A DNA stretch of 64,000 bases, from contig OX597819.1 in NCBI GenBank assembly GCA_951406725.2, positions 29,264,001 to 29,328,000 on the forward strand. Direction: 5' to 3'. The position numbers and the translations under genes are program-made. The DNA comes from Octopus vulgaris. Taxonomy: Eukaryota. Below the pieces are notes generated by a model. It did not search any database, had not been told where the DNA came from, and saw nothing but the letters and a program-made list of their open reading frames with translations. How positions within the stretch are numbered: position 1 is the first letter of the stretch; each line of letters begins with the position of its first letter. Positions 1 through 12,437 of the stretch are shown here, piece after piece.

Positions 1-237
1 GTAGAAAATCTGCATTTTAAAAAATTTTTGTTTAAAAATAGATGTATATTTGGGCATTGTATTGTGATTATGATATATGCACTACAGATAACAATAAGTT
101 GGTTAATTGCAATCATAATATACATTAAAATTTGAGGACACATTTATCTCTACTGTAACTATACTCTTTATACAAACTTCAGATGAGAAGAAATCTATCC
201 AGATGTGCAATTTACCACCCATCCCACAGAGTATATT

Positions 238-418
238 GGTTTCAAATTTTGGAACAAGGAATTTCGGTAAAGTGGATAGGCTGATTACATCAACCCCAGT
301 GCTCAACTGGTACTTATTTTACTGATTCTGAAATGAAAAAAGGCAAAGCTGACCTCAGCAGAATTTGAACTCAGAACGTGAAGATAGACGAAATACTGCT
401 GTGCATTTTCCCCAGCAT
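238..418 (-). mobile_element. SINE family B, old copy
   Basis: Reverse complement matches the family B body (gagttcaaattc...gcctttcatcctttcggggtcgataaaataagtaccagtt) seen intact at 18897-19128. Confidence 0.8.
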
Positions 419-435
419 ACATGCATGCACACACA

Positions 436-563
436 CAAACTCACTCACAAGGCTTTGGTTTGTCCAGGGCTAGAGTAGAAGAGATTTGTCCAAGGTGCCA
501 TGCAGTGAGACTGAATTCCAAACCATGTAGTTGGGAAGTAAATTTCTTAATCACACAATCATG
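436..563 (-). mobile_element. SINE family A, head fragment
   Basis: cacaaggctttgg...ccaaggtgccatgcagtgagactgaa...ccatgtagttgggaag matches the reverse complement of the family A head at 28093. Confidence 0.75.
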
Positions 564-845
564 TATGCATGAAACAAGTAAACAATCAACGATTATGTTA
601 TTTAGAGATAGAAGTCCCCATGCAATTCATCAAATCCTAATAGACATCACACCATATCATAGAATTTTATTTTAATATTTACTATTTCAGTTCCAAATTT
701 CTTTTCTACACGTGTTTCATGAGGTGCATTTAACATTCCCTAGACACTCAGTCTTTTTCAGAAACATGTCTTAACTACAACCCCAATCATCAGGACTCTT
801 CATAACTTTTTTTATAATTCAAAATATAAGTAATACAGACAGTAA

Positions 846-1241
846 TCTTTATATATAAAACTAAAGTTGTGTGTCTGTCTCCTACGATTTAGATTCCTAA
901 CTACTCCCTTATTTTGCGGTGCAGTGTAACCAAAAGCGGGTATCTTATAGTCGTGATTCATATCGAGCCTTTCTGGGTATTAGTGCGCATCTACGATGAG
1001 TCTACGATTTAAAAAAAAATTTACCATCATTTTTCCCCATTTTTTAATGCATTTTTTTCCTATTATATAAGGGAAGTAACTCTCTAAAAATGTATTATTA
1101 AATCTTAGAACGTAAAAAGCTACAGTAACACCCCGCTTTGTGGTTAGCCATATTGAGATGGCTATTATACTTTACATCTCTAAAAATGCTTATATAGTTA
1201 TTTCCCTTACAAACCCGAGCAACGCCGGGCGATACTGTGAG
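846..1241 (+). mobile_element. Non-autonomous Helitron
   Basis: Starts A|TC (tctttatatataaa). GC-rich subterminal hairpin cccgagcaacgccggg at 1214-1229. Ends about 12 nt later in a degenerate CTAG (gtgag)|T. No TSD. CpG-richer than its flanks. Confidence 0.75.
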
Positions 1242-1256
1242 TAAAATATTATATAA

Positions 1257-1343
1257 TCTATATATATATATGAACACATAAGTTTATGTGTCTGTAGCTA
1301 CTGTAGTAAATATTCCCAGTCAATAACATTAGGTATCTGCTAG
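1257..1343 (+). mobile_element. Short decayed Helitron-like remnant
   Basis: A|TCTATATATA start and ...tatctgCTAG|T end, directly after the first Helitron; hairpin degenerate. Confidence 0.4.
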
Positions 1344-2447
1344 TTTTGTAAATAATCTTCCTGGTGTTCTAAAGTCAACAGCCACACTAATTTCACATGA
1401 ACACACCCCTATTTTAGCCAAACATTCCTATGTTGGGCCTTTCTTAAACATAATGATAATAAAAGATGAAATAAATAAAACTAAAGTTATAGAAGATAAT
1501 GTTTTGTTTAAGCAGTTTCCAACATATGAAGTAGGTAGATAAAATATCTTAAGAATTTAATTGTAAGCATTATGTTACAAATTTGATTCAGCATTAATGT
1601 AAATATGATCTATCCTTCACTGATTGAATGGAAATGGTTTATTATTGCGGCAAGAGTGTTTAGATAATTAATCTGGTAATAAATATCTACCTTATGTGGA
1701 AAGTAAAAGAATATCACGAAAATTAATCATGTACATTTTCTAGTCTAATGAATGTCCTTAGAGTAGACGTAAAGTTTGGAAGTTGTACAAAAGTAAAGAT
1801 TAGAAAATGATTGAAGACAGTTAGTTACCTTGCAGTTTTTGTGATGTTTTTTTTTTTTTAACAAAACTTTTCACTATTCTTTATTATATGGAAAGAAGAA
1901 AGAAAAAAAAGATCTTATCAAAACTTTTGGACAGTCTGCTCCATTGGTTGTGTTTAGATTAGACTGCATGGATATAAACATTAAGTTGTTTATATTGTGC
2001 AGACTTTAAAAAGAAATTAAGATTTAAAAGGGAAATTCTTTGGGTGGAAAAAAACCGACAGTTTTTAATAATTAAAGTTGAAAATTCTTTTATATTATTT
2101 ATTTATTTTTTTGTCTTTCAACTATTTTAAACAAAGCAAGCAAGCAAGCAGAAGGTTAAGATATGAAAATAAATATTCTTTGCTGGTTCATAATTATCAT
2201 TTTCAATGTAAAATAGTTAACAAGGAAGCCTCTGAACCAAAAGTTCATAACCTGGGGTGCCTGTTCCACTTAGGGATCTCAGTGAGGATTTCATGGCATG
2301 CAACAAAGAAGGAAAGCATATGCTTTATTAAAATTGTTTTGATGAATAAAATCAATAAGTAATTCTCACAAATAATGTAATCCTATTCAACATACAAAGA
2401 ATTTTATTATTCTACATATGTGGATTTAACTGTGACTGATTTCATGG

Positions 2448-3055
2448 TTTAGCCATTTAACATTTAGAGCACTCTGTTGAGTCTTTCTTCTATTTATTTC
2501 AGTCATTTGACAATGGTTATACTGGAGCACTGCCTTCAAAGGTTTTTTTTTAGTTAAACAAATCAACCATAGGACTTATGTTTTTATACCTAGTACTTAT
2601 TTATTCTATTGGTCTCTTTTGCTGAGCTGCTAAGTTGCAGGGATGTAAAACACATCAACACCAGTTGTCAAGTGGTAGCGAGGGGATGAACAGAGACACA
2701 AAGACACACACACATATATATGCATACACACACACATATATATATATAGACATGACAGGCTTCTTTCAGTTTCCATCTACCAAATCCACTCATAAGGCTT
2801 TGGTTGGCCCGAGGCTATAGTAGAAGACACTTGCCCAAGGTGCCATGCAGTGAGACTGAATCACAGATTATGTGGTTGGGAAGCAAGCTTCTTATCACAC
2901 TGTTTTGAATTAATCCTACATTGTCTTATAGCTTCAAGGTTTCAATGATGTAATGGTTTATTTTTAGAATGATTTTGTGGAGTAAATGTGAAATCCTGGA
3001 TCTGGCTGGTAGAATATTTGGTCTAGATATGACCAGCTTAAATGCAAAAGGGTTA
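2448..3055. mobile_element. piggyBac-type MITE family F split by a family A SINE
   Basis: Degenerate left end (ttagccatttaacatttagagcactctg). Body resumes at about 2902 (tgttttgaattaat) and ends aatgcaaaagggtta. Confidence 0.6.
2490..2901 (-). mobile_element. SINE family A with internal (CA)/(TA) microsatellite
   Basis: Full-length similarity to 28093-28490 on the reverse strand. Confidence 0.85.
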
Positions 3056-3179
3056 TAGATTTTTCTAATTGCTTAATTTACACATGCATTTTATGCACTA
3101 AACCAAAAGCTCTTTTGCTTCTTTAGTTCACTTTTTTCATCTACAGTACTGTACATAGTCCAATCAAAAGACAATTACT

Positions 3180-3470
3180 AATTTATCCTCACTTAAACAC
3201 GGCTGTTCTGTTAGAACAACCCATACTGCAGTAGATATCATGAGAAAAACGCTAACATTGGTTTTTGGTGCAAAATGCATTCTAGCTCATATTTCTAGTG
3301 GGGAAATAAATCCCTGCCATCTCCTTCACCAGATCACGTGATTTTGATCTTCCTTGGTCTTGTCAATGATGGAGGCTCAACCACTAGAGATAGCAGTGAC
3401 TCATCTCCTCACCAGCAATATATAGAAAAACAGTGCTAAAACAGGCACTGGTGTTGCAATCAGCCAGTGA
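3180..3470. repeat. Unclassified interspersed repeat (second copy at 15640-15838)
   Basis: Both copies share atttatcc(t/c)cacttaaa, tgttctgt(t/c)agaac, ctagtggg...ataaatccct and caccagatca...ccttggtcttgtca.tgatgga. Confidence 0.7.
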
Positions 3471-3472
3471 GC

Positions 3473-3875
3473 TTACTCTTTTACTTGTTTCATTCATTTG
3501 ACTGCGGCCATGCTGGAGTACCACTTTTTAGTCGAGTAAATCGACCCCAGGACTTATTCTTTGTAAGCATAGTACTTATTCTATCAGTGTCTTTTGCTGA
3601 ACTGCTAAGTTATGGGGGCGTAAACACACCACCATCGGTTGTCAAGCAATGGTGGAGGGACAAACACAGACACACAAACATATACACACATACATATATA
3701 TATATACATATATACGATGGGCTTCTTCCAGTTTCCGTCTACAAAATCCACTCACAAGGCTTTGGTCAGCCTGAGGCTATAGTAGAAGACACTTGCCCAA
3801 GGTGCTACACAGTGGGAATGAACCCGGAACCATGTGGTTGGTAAGCAAGCTACTTATCACACAGCCACTCTTGCT
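3473..3875 (-). mobile_element. SINE family A, near full length
   Basis: Tail cttttacttgtttca..catttgactgcggccatgctggag through head ...ccatgtggttggtaagcaagctacttatcacacagccactc. Confidence 0.9.
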
Positions 3876-4351
3876 TGTTAATATATATATATATATATTT
3901 ATTTATTTTTGTCTCTCCCACCTAACTTCATTTTCCTCCCTCTCTCTAACCCTCTTTCTTGTCTCTCTTCTCTCCTCATTCTTTTGTCTTTATTATTAAT
4001 ATCTTTAATGTTTTATTATTGCCTATTATTTTTATTATTCTTTTACTTCTTTCAGTCACTGATGGGTTTTAGTCAAACAGATCAACCCCAGGACCTATTT
4101 CATGAGCCTAGTACTCATTCTATTGGTCTCTTTTGCTGAACCACTATGGTACAGGGATGTAAACACACCAACAACAGTAGTCAAGCAATGATTGGGGACA
4201 CACACACACAAACATAAAGACACACACACACATAGATACATATACATATATATATATAAATATGCATATATGTATATATATATGTATATGTATGTATATA
4301 TATGTATGTATGTATATGTATGCATGTATGTATATGTATGTATAAGTACGT

Positions 4352-4407
<56 letters not shown>

Positions 4408-4430
4408 AGAAGCAACAAGAATGGATAGGT

Positions 4431-4519
4431 TTTTAGTACAATCGTTTCATACAAGGACAGGCTTTATAAAAGTTGCAAAATTACAGCATATAAACGTGTC
4501 CTGTACTCATCAGCTAAAA
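4431..4519 (-). ncRNA. Type I minimal hammerhead ribozyme (inverted copy)
   Basis: Reverse complement of 4561-4651: ttttagtacaatcgtttc...ctgtactcatcagctaaaa. Confidence 0.78.
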
Positions 4520-4560
4520 TACATGTGAGTTCTCTAGACATCCGAGAGAACTCACATGTA

Positions 4561-4651
4561 TTTTAGCTGATGAGTACAGGACACGTTTATATGCTGTAAT
4601 TTTTGCAACTTTTAATAAAGCCTGTCCTTGTATGAAACGATTGTACTAAAA
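4561..4651 (+). ncRNA. Type I minimal hammerhead ribozyme
   Basis: Stem I ttttag(4561-66)/ctaaaa(4646-51); core CTGATGA 4567-73; stem II gtacaggaca.../...tgtcc(t)tgtat; GAAA 4634-37; stem III AC-gatt-GT; cleavage triplet GTA 4643-45. Confidence 0.8.
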
Positions 4652-4796
4652 CCTATCCATTCTTGTTGCTTCTTTCTCGCTTATAATCACCCCACATTAT
4701 TGTATTGTTAAAACAGTATAGTTTTTTTGGTGCATCTAAGTTAGGTACCATATTCAAGTAAATTCATTTAAATTAACTTGAATCTTTATTGCTTTT

Positions 4797-4849
<53 letters not shown>

Positions 4850-5039
4850 AGCTTCTTTCAGTTTCTGTCAACCAAATCAATCCACTCATAAGGCTTTAGT
4901 TGGCCTGCAGATTATAGGAGAGAACACTTGCTGAAGGTGCCACACGGTGGGACTGAACTCAGAAACGTGTGGTTGGGAAGCAAGCTTCTTACCACACAGC
5001 CACGCCAGTGCCTATTGTTAATATCATTATAATTACTAG

Positions 5040-5312
5040 TATTGTTAGTACATAAGTGTATTATTTTACTGTTACCATTGTTATTGCTACGACTACTATT
5101 ATTACTACTACTATTGCAGATTCTACCACCACCACTGCAGCTACAACAGCAACTACTACCATTAGTGTTGCTGCTACTATGACAAGTACTATTACAACAC
5201 CCATTGGTACTGCCACCACTACTGTTACAACAAACTATAACACCATCACTACAGGTATCATCAGGACTACTACTAAAACAATAACCACTACAACTACTAT
5301 TACTACTACACA
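5040..5312. repeat. Degenerate (ACT/ACC/ACA)n trinucleotide low-complexity tract
   Basis: Explains the Thr-rich and Ser/Cys-rich spurious ORFs. Confidence 0.85.
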
Positions 5313-6166
5313 AACTTGCCCTGTCCAGAAAGCCACTCTTTGAAACTTTTAGTCTTCTGACTCACATTGTGTTCTTCATAAAAAGATGCCAAAAGAAAGA
5401 GAGAATGAACAAGAGAAGAAGGAATATACAAGATAGCTAAATGCCAAAAATCATTGATAACTGACCAGCTATGAGCACTTGACCAGAACGACTGACCTAC
5501 GCCAACAAAAACAAAAACAACAGTAAAAAGAAAACATCTAAAACTATATATTTAGCGATATAATCAAAGAATTTTAGATGTAGTAAACATTTGTCAGTGA
5601 CCAGGTTACAGTTTGAAGCAATGAAAATTTTGACACCATATTATAAACGATAAATGTTAAGTGAAGTTAACAGTCTTGGTGTAGCTCTAAATGGCTAACT
5701 TGTGTCTTCTATGCAGCAATTTTTTTTAGTTTGAACACAGTCTCAGGTCAAAACCATTTGCCAAGCAAGTACAACCCCTTAAAAGAATAAAAGAAAAAAA
5801 AAAAACAAAACAAAACCAATTAGTTATTAGTCAATTAACTTTGCCATCTTCAAATGCGATATTACATTTGTAAGGGCGTGAAAATTCATCAAGAACTTCC
5901 CAGGAATGCAAGGCACGGAAAAAGTTGGAAAATACTGCTGGATGTGACCATATTCAACCTGCTAGGAATAGTAACCAAATCTACCTCACTGTCTTAAACC
6001 AAAAAAAAAAAAAAGAAGAAAGAAAGAGAAGGATGGTTACAGGAGATAGTCCTTGATACAACTAAACACATAGTATGGTCATTACTAGAATATTCTTGAT
6101 CAAATTTGAACTGAGGTTAAATAACAATTACATCCTATGATGGAGAAATCTCAGAACTACACAATA

Positions 6167-6389
6167 TTTAATCATTTCGTTATTGTATTTTTGTTGAAAT
6201 ACAATTCCTGTTTTGAGTAATTTTGAAAACAAGGAAGAATTTAACATAACTTTGTCATTCTTGACTTGGTGCTTGGAACATAAATTAACACAAAATTTTG
6301 GAGAACTTTAATTTAGATTACTTGAAAACAGGAAGTTTGTATCACAGAACCAGGGATGGTCTCAGTTGGGTTGGCGTCAAAAGAGTTAC
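6167..6389. mobile_element. piggyBac-type MITE family G
   Basis: ttaa-tcatttcgttattg...gggttggcgtcaaaagagtta. Same body at 13772-14005 and 34073-34300. Confidence 0.7.
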
Positions 6390-7090
6390 ATCAAGAAACT
6401 GGTAGCACTATACTGTTATTTGCCATTGTCCATTAAACTGAAATCACTGCAAATAACTGGCAAGGTAAGTGATGTTTACTATAATTCCAATATATAAAAA
6501 AACATATAGAAGATAATAAAAAAACATTGTTTCAGTAACAAAATCAGTTAAATGTTCAATTAAAATTTCAAATTTGAATTCATAGCCTTGCTTCTAATAT
6601 CACTTTGGACACCTTAGTACCTTTCAAAAACATTAAATTAGTTCACAATTAAAACAGTCATAAAATCTATCTATAGAAATGGCATATGATAGAAAATATA
6701 GTTCTATGTTTAAATGAAATGTAAGGAATACTATTTAAAACCTACAAAGCTGTTAGCAAAAATGATGACCAGAACACCAAAGAATGAAATAGCAATAAGA
6801 ATAAAGGAGTTGCTACTTTAGAAAATTTTCCCACATAAATAGAAATCTCTTTCTTGAAATACAATTGGCTTTGAGGATCTTTTTTCCAAAATTCTTAAAG
6901 AGAAATTTTCTGAGGATGAATAACTCAGTAAAGCAGTTCACTCATTTCTTGTGGCTCCAAGACAAAAATACAAAGCACAAGTACAATCTTCATTATTGCT
7001 AATAATTATAAAGGCAAATCCTTAATACTAAAAAGTAAATAAATAAAATGGAAAACCAATGTATAGAACATACTATTTTCAAAGAAATAC

Positions 7091-7430
7091 TTTAACTCTT
7101 TAGCGCTCAGATTACTCTGTCAAATGTAATACTTTATTTATTCCCATTGTTTTGAGATAATCTGCCTTTCAGCCTTTCAGGGTCAATAAAATAAGTACCA
7201 GTTGAGTACTGAGGTTAATGTAATTGACTTACCCCCACCTCTGAAATTTCAGGTCTTGTATCTATAGTAGAAAGGATTGTTTCATAGATCTGATATTTCA
7301 GGGATTTGATTGTTTATTTTTAGAATGACATTGTTGGATAGGTGTAAGAGAATAGATCTGGATAGATTTAACATATTAACAAGTAGAATATTTGAACCAG
7401 ATAGGGCCAGTTTAAACACTAAAGGGTTAA
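7091..7430. mobile_element. piggyBac-type MITE family F with a family B SINE fragment (about 7163-7280) inside
   Basis: TTAA-ctctttagcg...cactaaaggg-TTAA terminal inverted repeats with TTAA at both ends. Confidence 0.8.
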
Positions 7431-7989
7431 ATATTCAGAACTGTAACTAAATGAATTTAGAGAGGGAGAAGAAACCAATAAAATAATAGCAAAAAGACAA
7501 ATTAGTTTGTTGGTGACAAATGAACTACAGTAAATTTTCATCTAGTTGGAAACTGGAATCTATATTCACTTTGCTTCCTGGTTGTTGACTATCAAAAGTG
7601 AGAAACACATAGGATTCTAGTTGTGTGAGCTAAAAACATTAGCAGCACTATAAAATCAAATCATATTCATTAACTACAATGAGCATTCTTCCATTATTCC
7701 AAGGCACCAATTCTATCACACCTACAACTAGTCTCACAGAAGCTGGTTTTACACTGTGGGGCCTAACTGCAGTTGGGAAAAAACCTGTGTAGAATTAACT
7801 ATCATTATTGCAACAAAATACAGAATGGGCATGTGACAAAGGTGAAAATGGAACATAGACATCAAAGACTGGAAGCAGCGGAGAAAAGAATCTACTGGAG
7901 AATATAGCCACAGCATAAGACTGCAGTATGTAGTGAAGAGTGGGGGTTATGTTTGAGGCCCCAACCTTCAGCCATGAGAATGAGCATAA

Positions 7990-8330
7990 TCATCATCATC
8001 ATTTAACATTCAGTTTCCATGCTGGCAAGCCGGAGAGCTGCACCAGGTTCCAGTCTGATTTGGCATGGCTTCTATAGCAGGATGCACTTCCTAATGCCAA
8101 CCACTCTACTGCATGTCCTGGGTGCTTTTACATGCCACCACGTGGCACTGGCACAAGCGCTTTTTACACAGCACCAGCACAGGACTCTTGCTGGCCAATT
8201 CTCTTCACCAGGGGGAGTGGCCATAACACTTCTGCCATGGAGTAAGGGTCTTCTTGAGTACAGCAAGGTGCCAGGTATCTTGGTCCTTTGTCATTTAATC
8301 TGAAAGGTTCAGAATCCTGAGGTTATTCTA
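7990..8330 (-). mobile_element. RTE-X LINE 3' end fragment
   Basis: (GAT)n tail and 3' UTR matching 42950-43160; 8250-8325 matches the ORF C-terminal region of the same LINE type. Confidence 0.7.
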
Positions 8331-8331
8331 C

Positions 8332-9012
8332 TGGTTTCAAATTTTGGCACAAGGCCAGCAATTTCAGGGTATGGGGTTAAGTCAATTACATCGACTCCGT
8401 TTTCAACTGGTATTCATTTAATCAGCCCCAAAAGGATAAAAAGCAAAGTCCATCTTGGCAGAATTTGAACTCAGAATGTACAGATGGCTGAAATGCCTCA
8501 AAGCATTTTGCCTGGTGTGCCAACTTATAATCATTCATATTGCCATCAAAATAATAATAGCGAAGCCAAAGCTTTTAATGACACAACAATAGCAATAAAA
8601 ATGGTTTTAAATTGTTAGCACAAAGGCAGGAATTTTGAGGGAAAGGGTAAGTTGATTGGCCTTAGTACATATTTTATTGCTCAGGAACGAATGAAAGCAA
8701 AATCAATCTCAGTGGCCTTTGAACTCAGAGTGTAAAGAGCCAGAAGAAATGCTGCTAAGAATTTTGTCTGGTGCAGTAATGATACTGCCAGCCTGCTGCC
8801 TTTGTTTTAAATTTTGGTACAAGGTCAGTAATTTTAGGGGTATGGATGTGGAGTTAGTTGATTACATCAAACCCACTGTTCAATTGGTCTATATTTTATG
8901 AGGCCTAAAAGAGTGAGAAGTAAAGTCACCCTAGGTGAAATTTGAACTCGGAACATAAAGATCTGGCAGTAATACTGCTAAGTATTGTGTCCAACACAGT
9001 TCACCAACTTAA
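8332..9012 (-). mobile_element. Three tandem old family B SINE copies
   Basis: Repeated ggtttcaaattttggcacaagg...aatttgaactcagaa units starting near 8332, 8603 and 8803. Confidence 0.8.
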
Positions 9013-9314
9013 CATTAATAAATATTAAAATGCACATCATATTTAATGTCTGAAAACATTCACTGAAGTTCTGTCCCTAACATTGATTTAAAGTCATTTA
9101 GTTTTTAAAAAATGAGTGAAAATTTCAACATTTTCCAGTACCTATGATATTATAAGTGACATGCACTGAGGCTGAAGAAGTCATAGATGTTAAAATATGC
9201 ATTATTAATTTTTACCCTGATTTTTGTATTTAATGATTAATGCGTTAGCTATTAAAATATTAATTTTCTATTTTTTGATAAGCTGGTAAAATAATAATAA
9301 TAATGATAATTATA

Positions 9315-9476
9315 CATACATATGCATATACATATGCACAAACACATGCATATACATATGCACAAACACATGCATATACATATGCACAAACACATGCATA
9401 TAAATGTGCACACACATGCACACATACACACACATATGCATGTGTGCATATGCACACACACACACACACACACACT
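9315..9476. repeat. 24-bp minisatellite (tgcatatacatatgcacaaacaca, about 3 copies) plus (CA)n
   Basis: Direct tandem repeats visible. Confidence 0.85.
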
Positions 9477-10184
9477 TCTGGAAGCACTTAGAAATTTAAA
9501 CGTAATTAATTTACTTAATATAGGAATTCTTACAGCAGAACACCGCAAAATAGTCTGTAAAACTACTGACTTGGTTCAGACTTTTAGCTTATTGTATGAA
9601 CCACAGAAATTATGAACATCTGTATTTGACAAGGTAACTACCCCAAAGATGGGTAATAGAAAAGTAAATTGCAGATAAAATAGCTGAACCTATATTTGAT
9701 TGATTAAATTGCCAATATCACTCCCAGTAACAGAAATAAGAAAGAAGTCTATATACAAGCCATTGATTATAATTTTATGATGTAAGAGAAAATTCAACTT
9801 TTCTATAGATTCAATAAAGAAAGTATGGAAATAAATTAAAAAAGGATTTTAAAATTTATTTCTATATTCCAACTTCTGATATTTAACATGGCATCTTAGA
9901 AAAGGTTAAGTACATTATAACAGGTTTTTAATTTCTTTTTTTTTTTTTTTTATTTAAAGTATATGTTAAAGTTTTCTTTTGACAGCTCAATAATATTTCA
10001 AGGAAGAGAGATGTATAACATTCTATGTATTTAAGTGATATATTTGTGAGTGTAGATGTTGATATCATGTTGTATACAGCTAATGACACTTTATTATTGA
10101 ATTTAAAGAAGTGATGTATTGGTCAGCTGTATATATAAATAGTGCAAACTTTGTTGAACAATAAATTTGATGCATTATGATGAT

Positions 10185-10780
10185 GATCATCATCATCATG
10201 TAACTCCATTTTCTATGCTGGCATGGGTAAGACGGTTTGACAGGAACTGGCAAGTCAGAAGAATGCACCAAGCTCTGCTGTCTGTTTTGACACGGTTTCT
10301 ATCGCTGATGTCCTTCATAACACTGACCCCTTTACAGAGTGTACTGGGTGCTTTTTACATGGCACCGACAGCAGTGAGGTCATCAGGTAATTTGCAGGAC
10401 AAGACATCACAACTGAGGCAGGCAGGGGTAGTACTGAGGGACAGGAAAGGTATCTTACGTTAGAAGGGAGACATGGCTACCTCAAATGGAGGGAGAGAGA
10501 GAGAGATGGTGATGATATGACAAGGATGGGGCATGGACTGTACACTCAAGGTACAAGGTGCTATATATAGTGATGTGGACCAGGGACTGGAGAGGGTAAG
10601 CAGATGGGCGAGTTCACAAGATTTCCAAAGGAGAGTGGGAGCACAGGTGGTGGGTGGAATGTAATGAGTGGATACTAGTAGAGGGAGTGGATATTAGGAA
10701 GATATGCTGGGGGGAGGGGTTTAAAAAGGATGTATCGTGCACAGGTAGATACATGAGGTAGAATGGAGGGTGATCTTAAG
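10185..10780 (-). mobile_element. 5'-truncated LINE 3' UTR copy (RTE-X, long-UTR variant)
   Basis: (GAT)n tail, then ttgcaggacaagaca...aactgagg...gtagtactgagg as at 62700-62750, then a purine-rich tract. Confidence 0.6.
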
Positions 10781-11831
10781 GAAAACTTTACATCGAACTT
10801 TCATGTTAATTTATGCTTCAAATACTCACTTAATGATGTTATTTTACTAAATTCTTCAATATTTTTCAAAAATGAAGAGAAAAAAAAGACAATGTATTTC
10901 AACAGAAATATGGCAGCAAAAGTGTTAATCATAGATATATATCTGATCATGGCTGAACTGGGGGGAAAAAAAACAATAACTTGAGGAAAGTTCTATAGCT
11001 GAATTTTCACCATTTCAACAGCTGGAATGAGTTGGCTACCTTGTGAGAGAAACCTGGAGATATTTTATATGCAGTAAAAACAGCACTCTGAAGAGTCTTA
11101 AAGTATGTTGTGGGAGATACAATAGATGCTGTGTGACACATTGTGATTTATGATAACATTTATAACAGTAGTTAGTGACTGTATTGGCAGTGGGAATGAC
11201 AATAATGATTAAACTATTAGCAATAGTCTGAAAGAGACAATTTATGTTATGTAATAAAATTGTTAACACTAATATAAAAAAAAGAGGCCTTTTGTAAATA
11301 AGTGGCATCATATTTTGGTTTTTAAACTACTGAATTCATTACACCAGTTTTTCAGATCAGAAGAGACATTTTGTGTTGAAACTACATGTAGCACAGGGGT
11401 ATTATCAATGTTGCTAAATAAACCACTTCTAGCACAAAATGTTATGCAGACTTCAAAGAGGCAATAAATCTAGCTATCGGTATTGATCTAGCTGATTATG
11501 AGTCAGATGAAAATAATAGTGATAAAAAATAAAAGAATAAAAGAAATGGAAAAAAAACCAACTAAAAATAATGTGAAAGCAAAAAAAAAACAAAAAAAAT
11601 CACAAAAAAAACTGGATTGATTTGTTTCATTTTATTAGACATGAATAATATTGATTAATATTCATGCAAAATAAATAAATACATAAATAAATTAACTAAA
11701 TAAATAAATCTTCCAGAATAAATTTGGCTCATGAAATTCTTCTCAAGTTCCCTTTTATTTTTATATGATCTATAGTAATTTGAAATAGGGATCAAGCTTA
11801 CAGATTTATTTGATAAGAGTTTATATTTTAG

Positions 11832-11867
<36 letters not shown>

Positions 11868-12170
11868 ATCTATCAATCTATCCACACATATATACAGACA
11901 GAAAGACAAACAGACAGATAGATAGATAATTGCTATGGCAGATTCTATGCCTTGTGCAATCAACAAGATGTCAAAGCAGCGATAAATGATGATTATTGAA
12001 TGAATTTATCTTAATTTCATTCAATATTAGATGAGAATTTAGATAAATTAAAGTGAAAAAGAACAACAAACAACAAATCAATTTATTTAAAGTTTAGAAG
12101 ATATATCAAACTGATTTTTCTTAAAGTTCATTGTCATCTCTATCATCATCATAGATGGACAGATTTCACT

Positions 12171-12385
12171 TTTAAACGGGCCATATCTGGCCAAAATATT
12201 CTACCAGTTTTATGTTCAAACTGGCTAGATCTGGTTTTTCACACCAACCCAACAATATCATTCTCAAAAAATTAATAACAGTTACCTCATCAAAATCTCA
12301 TAGTTACAAGATAATGCATGATTAATTCAAAACAAAATGAACAATAAGCATTAGTTTTGACTGACTAATGTGAATGCTAAAGGAC
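12171..12385. mobile_element. MITE family F copy
   Basis: tttaaacgggccatatctggccaaaatattctacc...gaatgctaaagg. Confidence 0.75.
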
Positions 12386-12437
12386 TGAAGATGCCGTGAT
12401 TCATAATTATCACTTTACTGATGCCAATCTAACCATT

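Larger units (their letters stand above)
4404..4798. mobile_element. Foldback element 1, Penelope-like pLTR / retrozyme-like
   Basis: Near-perfect inverted repeat, arms 4404-4535 and 4545-4677, 9-nt loop agacatccg, with an unpaired extension of about 120 nt on the right. Flanked by (TA)n on both sides. Each arm has a hammerhead. Confidence 0.75.
4040..5012 (-). mobile_element. SINE family A carrying a foldback insertion in its (TA)n tract
   Basis: Family A tail 4040-4200 and head 4845-5012 flank expanded microsatellites and the 4404-4798 insert. Confidence 0.85.

Noticed and set aside
745-800. CTGATGA on the minus strand and GAAACATGTC on the plus strand
   Set aside because: The two hammerhead half-motifs are on opposite strands; neither strand gives a complete core with stem II and an NUH site.
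3360-3402. gtca-atgatgg...gagatagcag-tgac as a hammerhead variant
   Set aside because: Too many core deviations (no CTGANGA, no GAAA, no clear stem II).
4912-5343. Thr-rich (mucin-like) and Ser/Cys-rich ORFs
   Set aside because: They derive from a degenerate trinucleotide tract and overlap a SINE; no splice or domain support.
11036-11250. Possible minus-strand exon (tctttcag acceptor to gtagcc donor, open frame)
   Set aside because: The translation resembles no protein family I recognise and the donor is weak; cannot be supported without RNA data.
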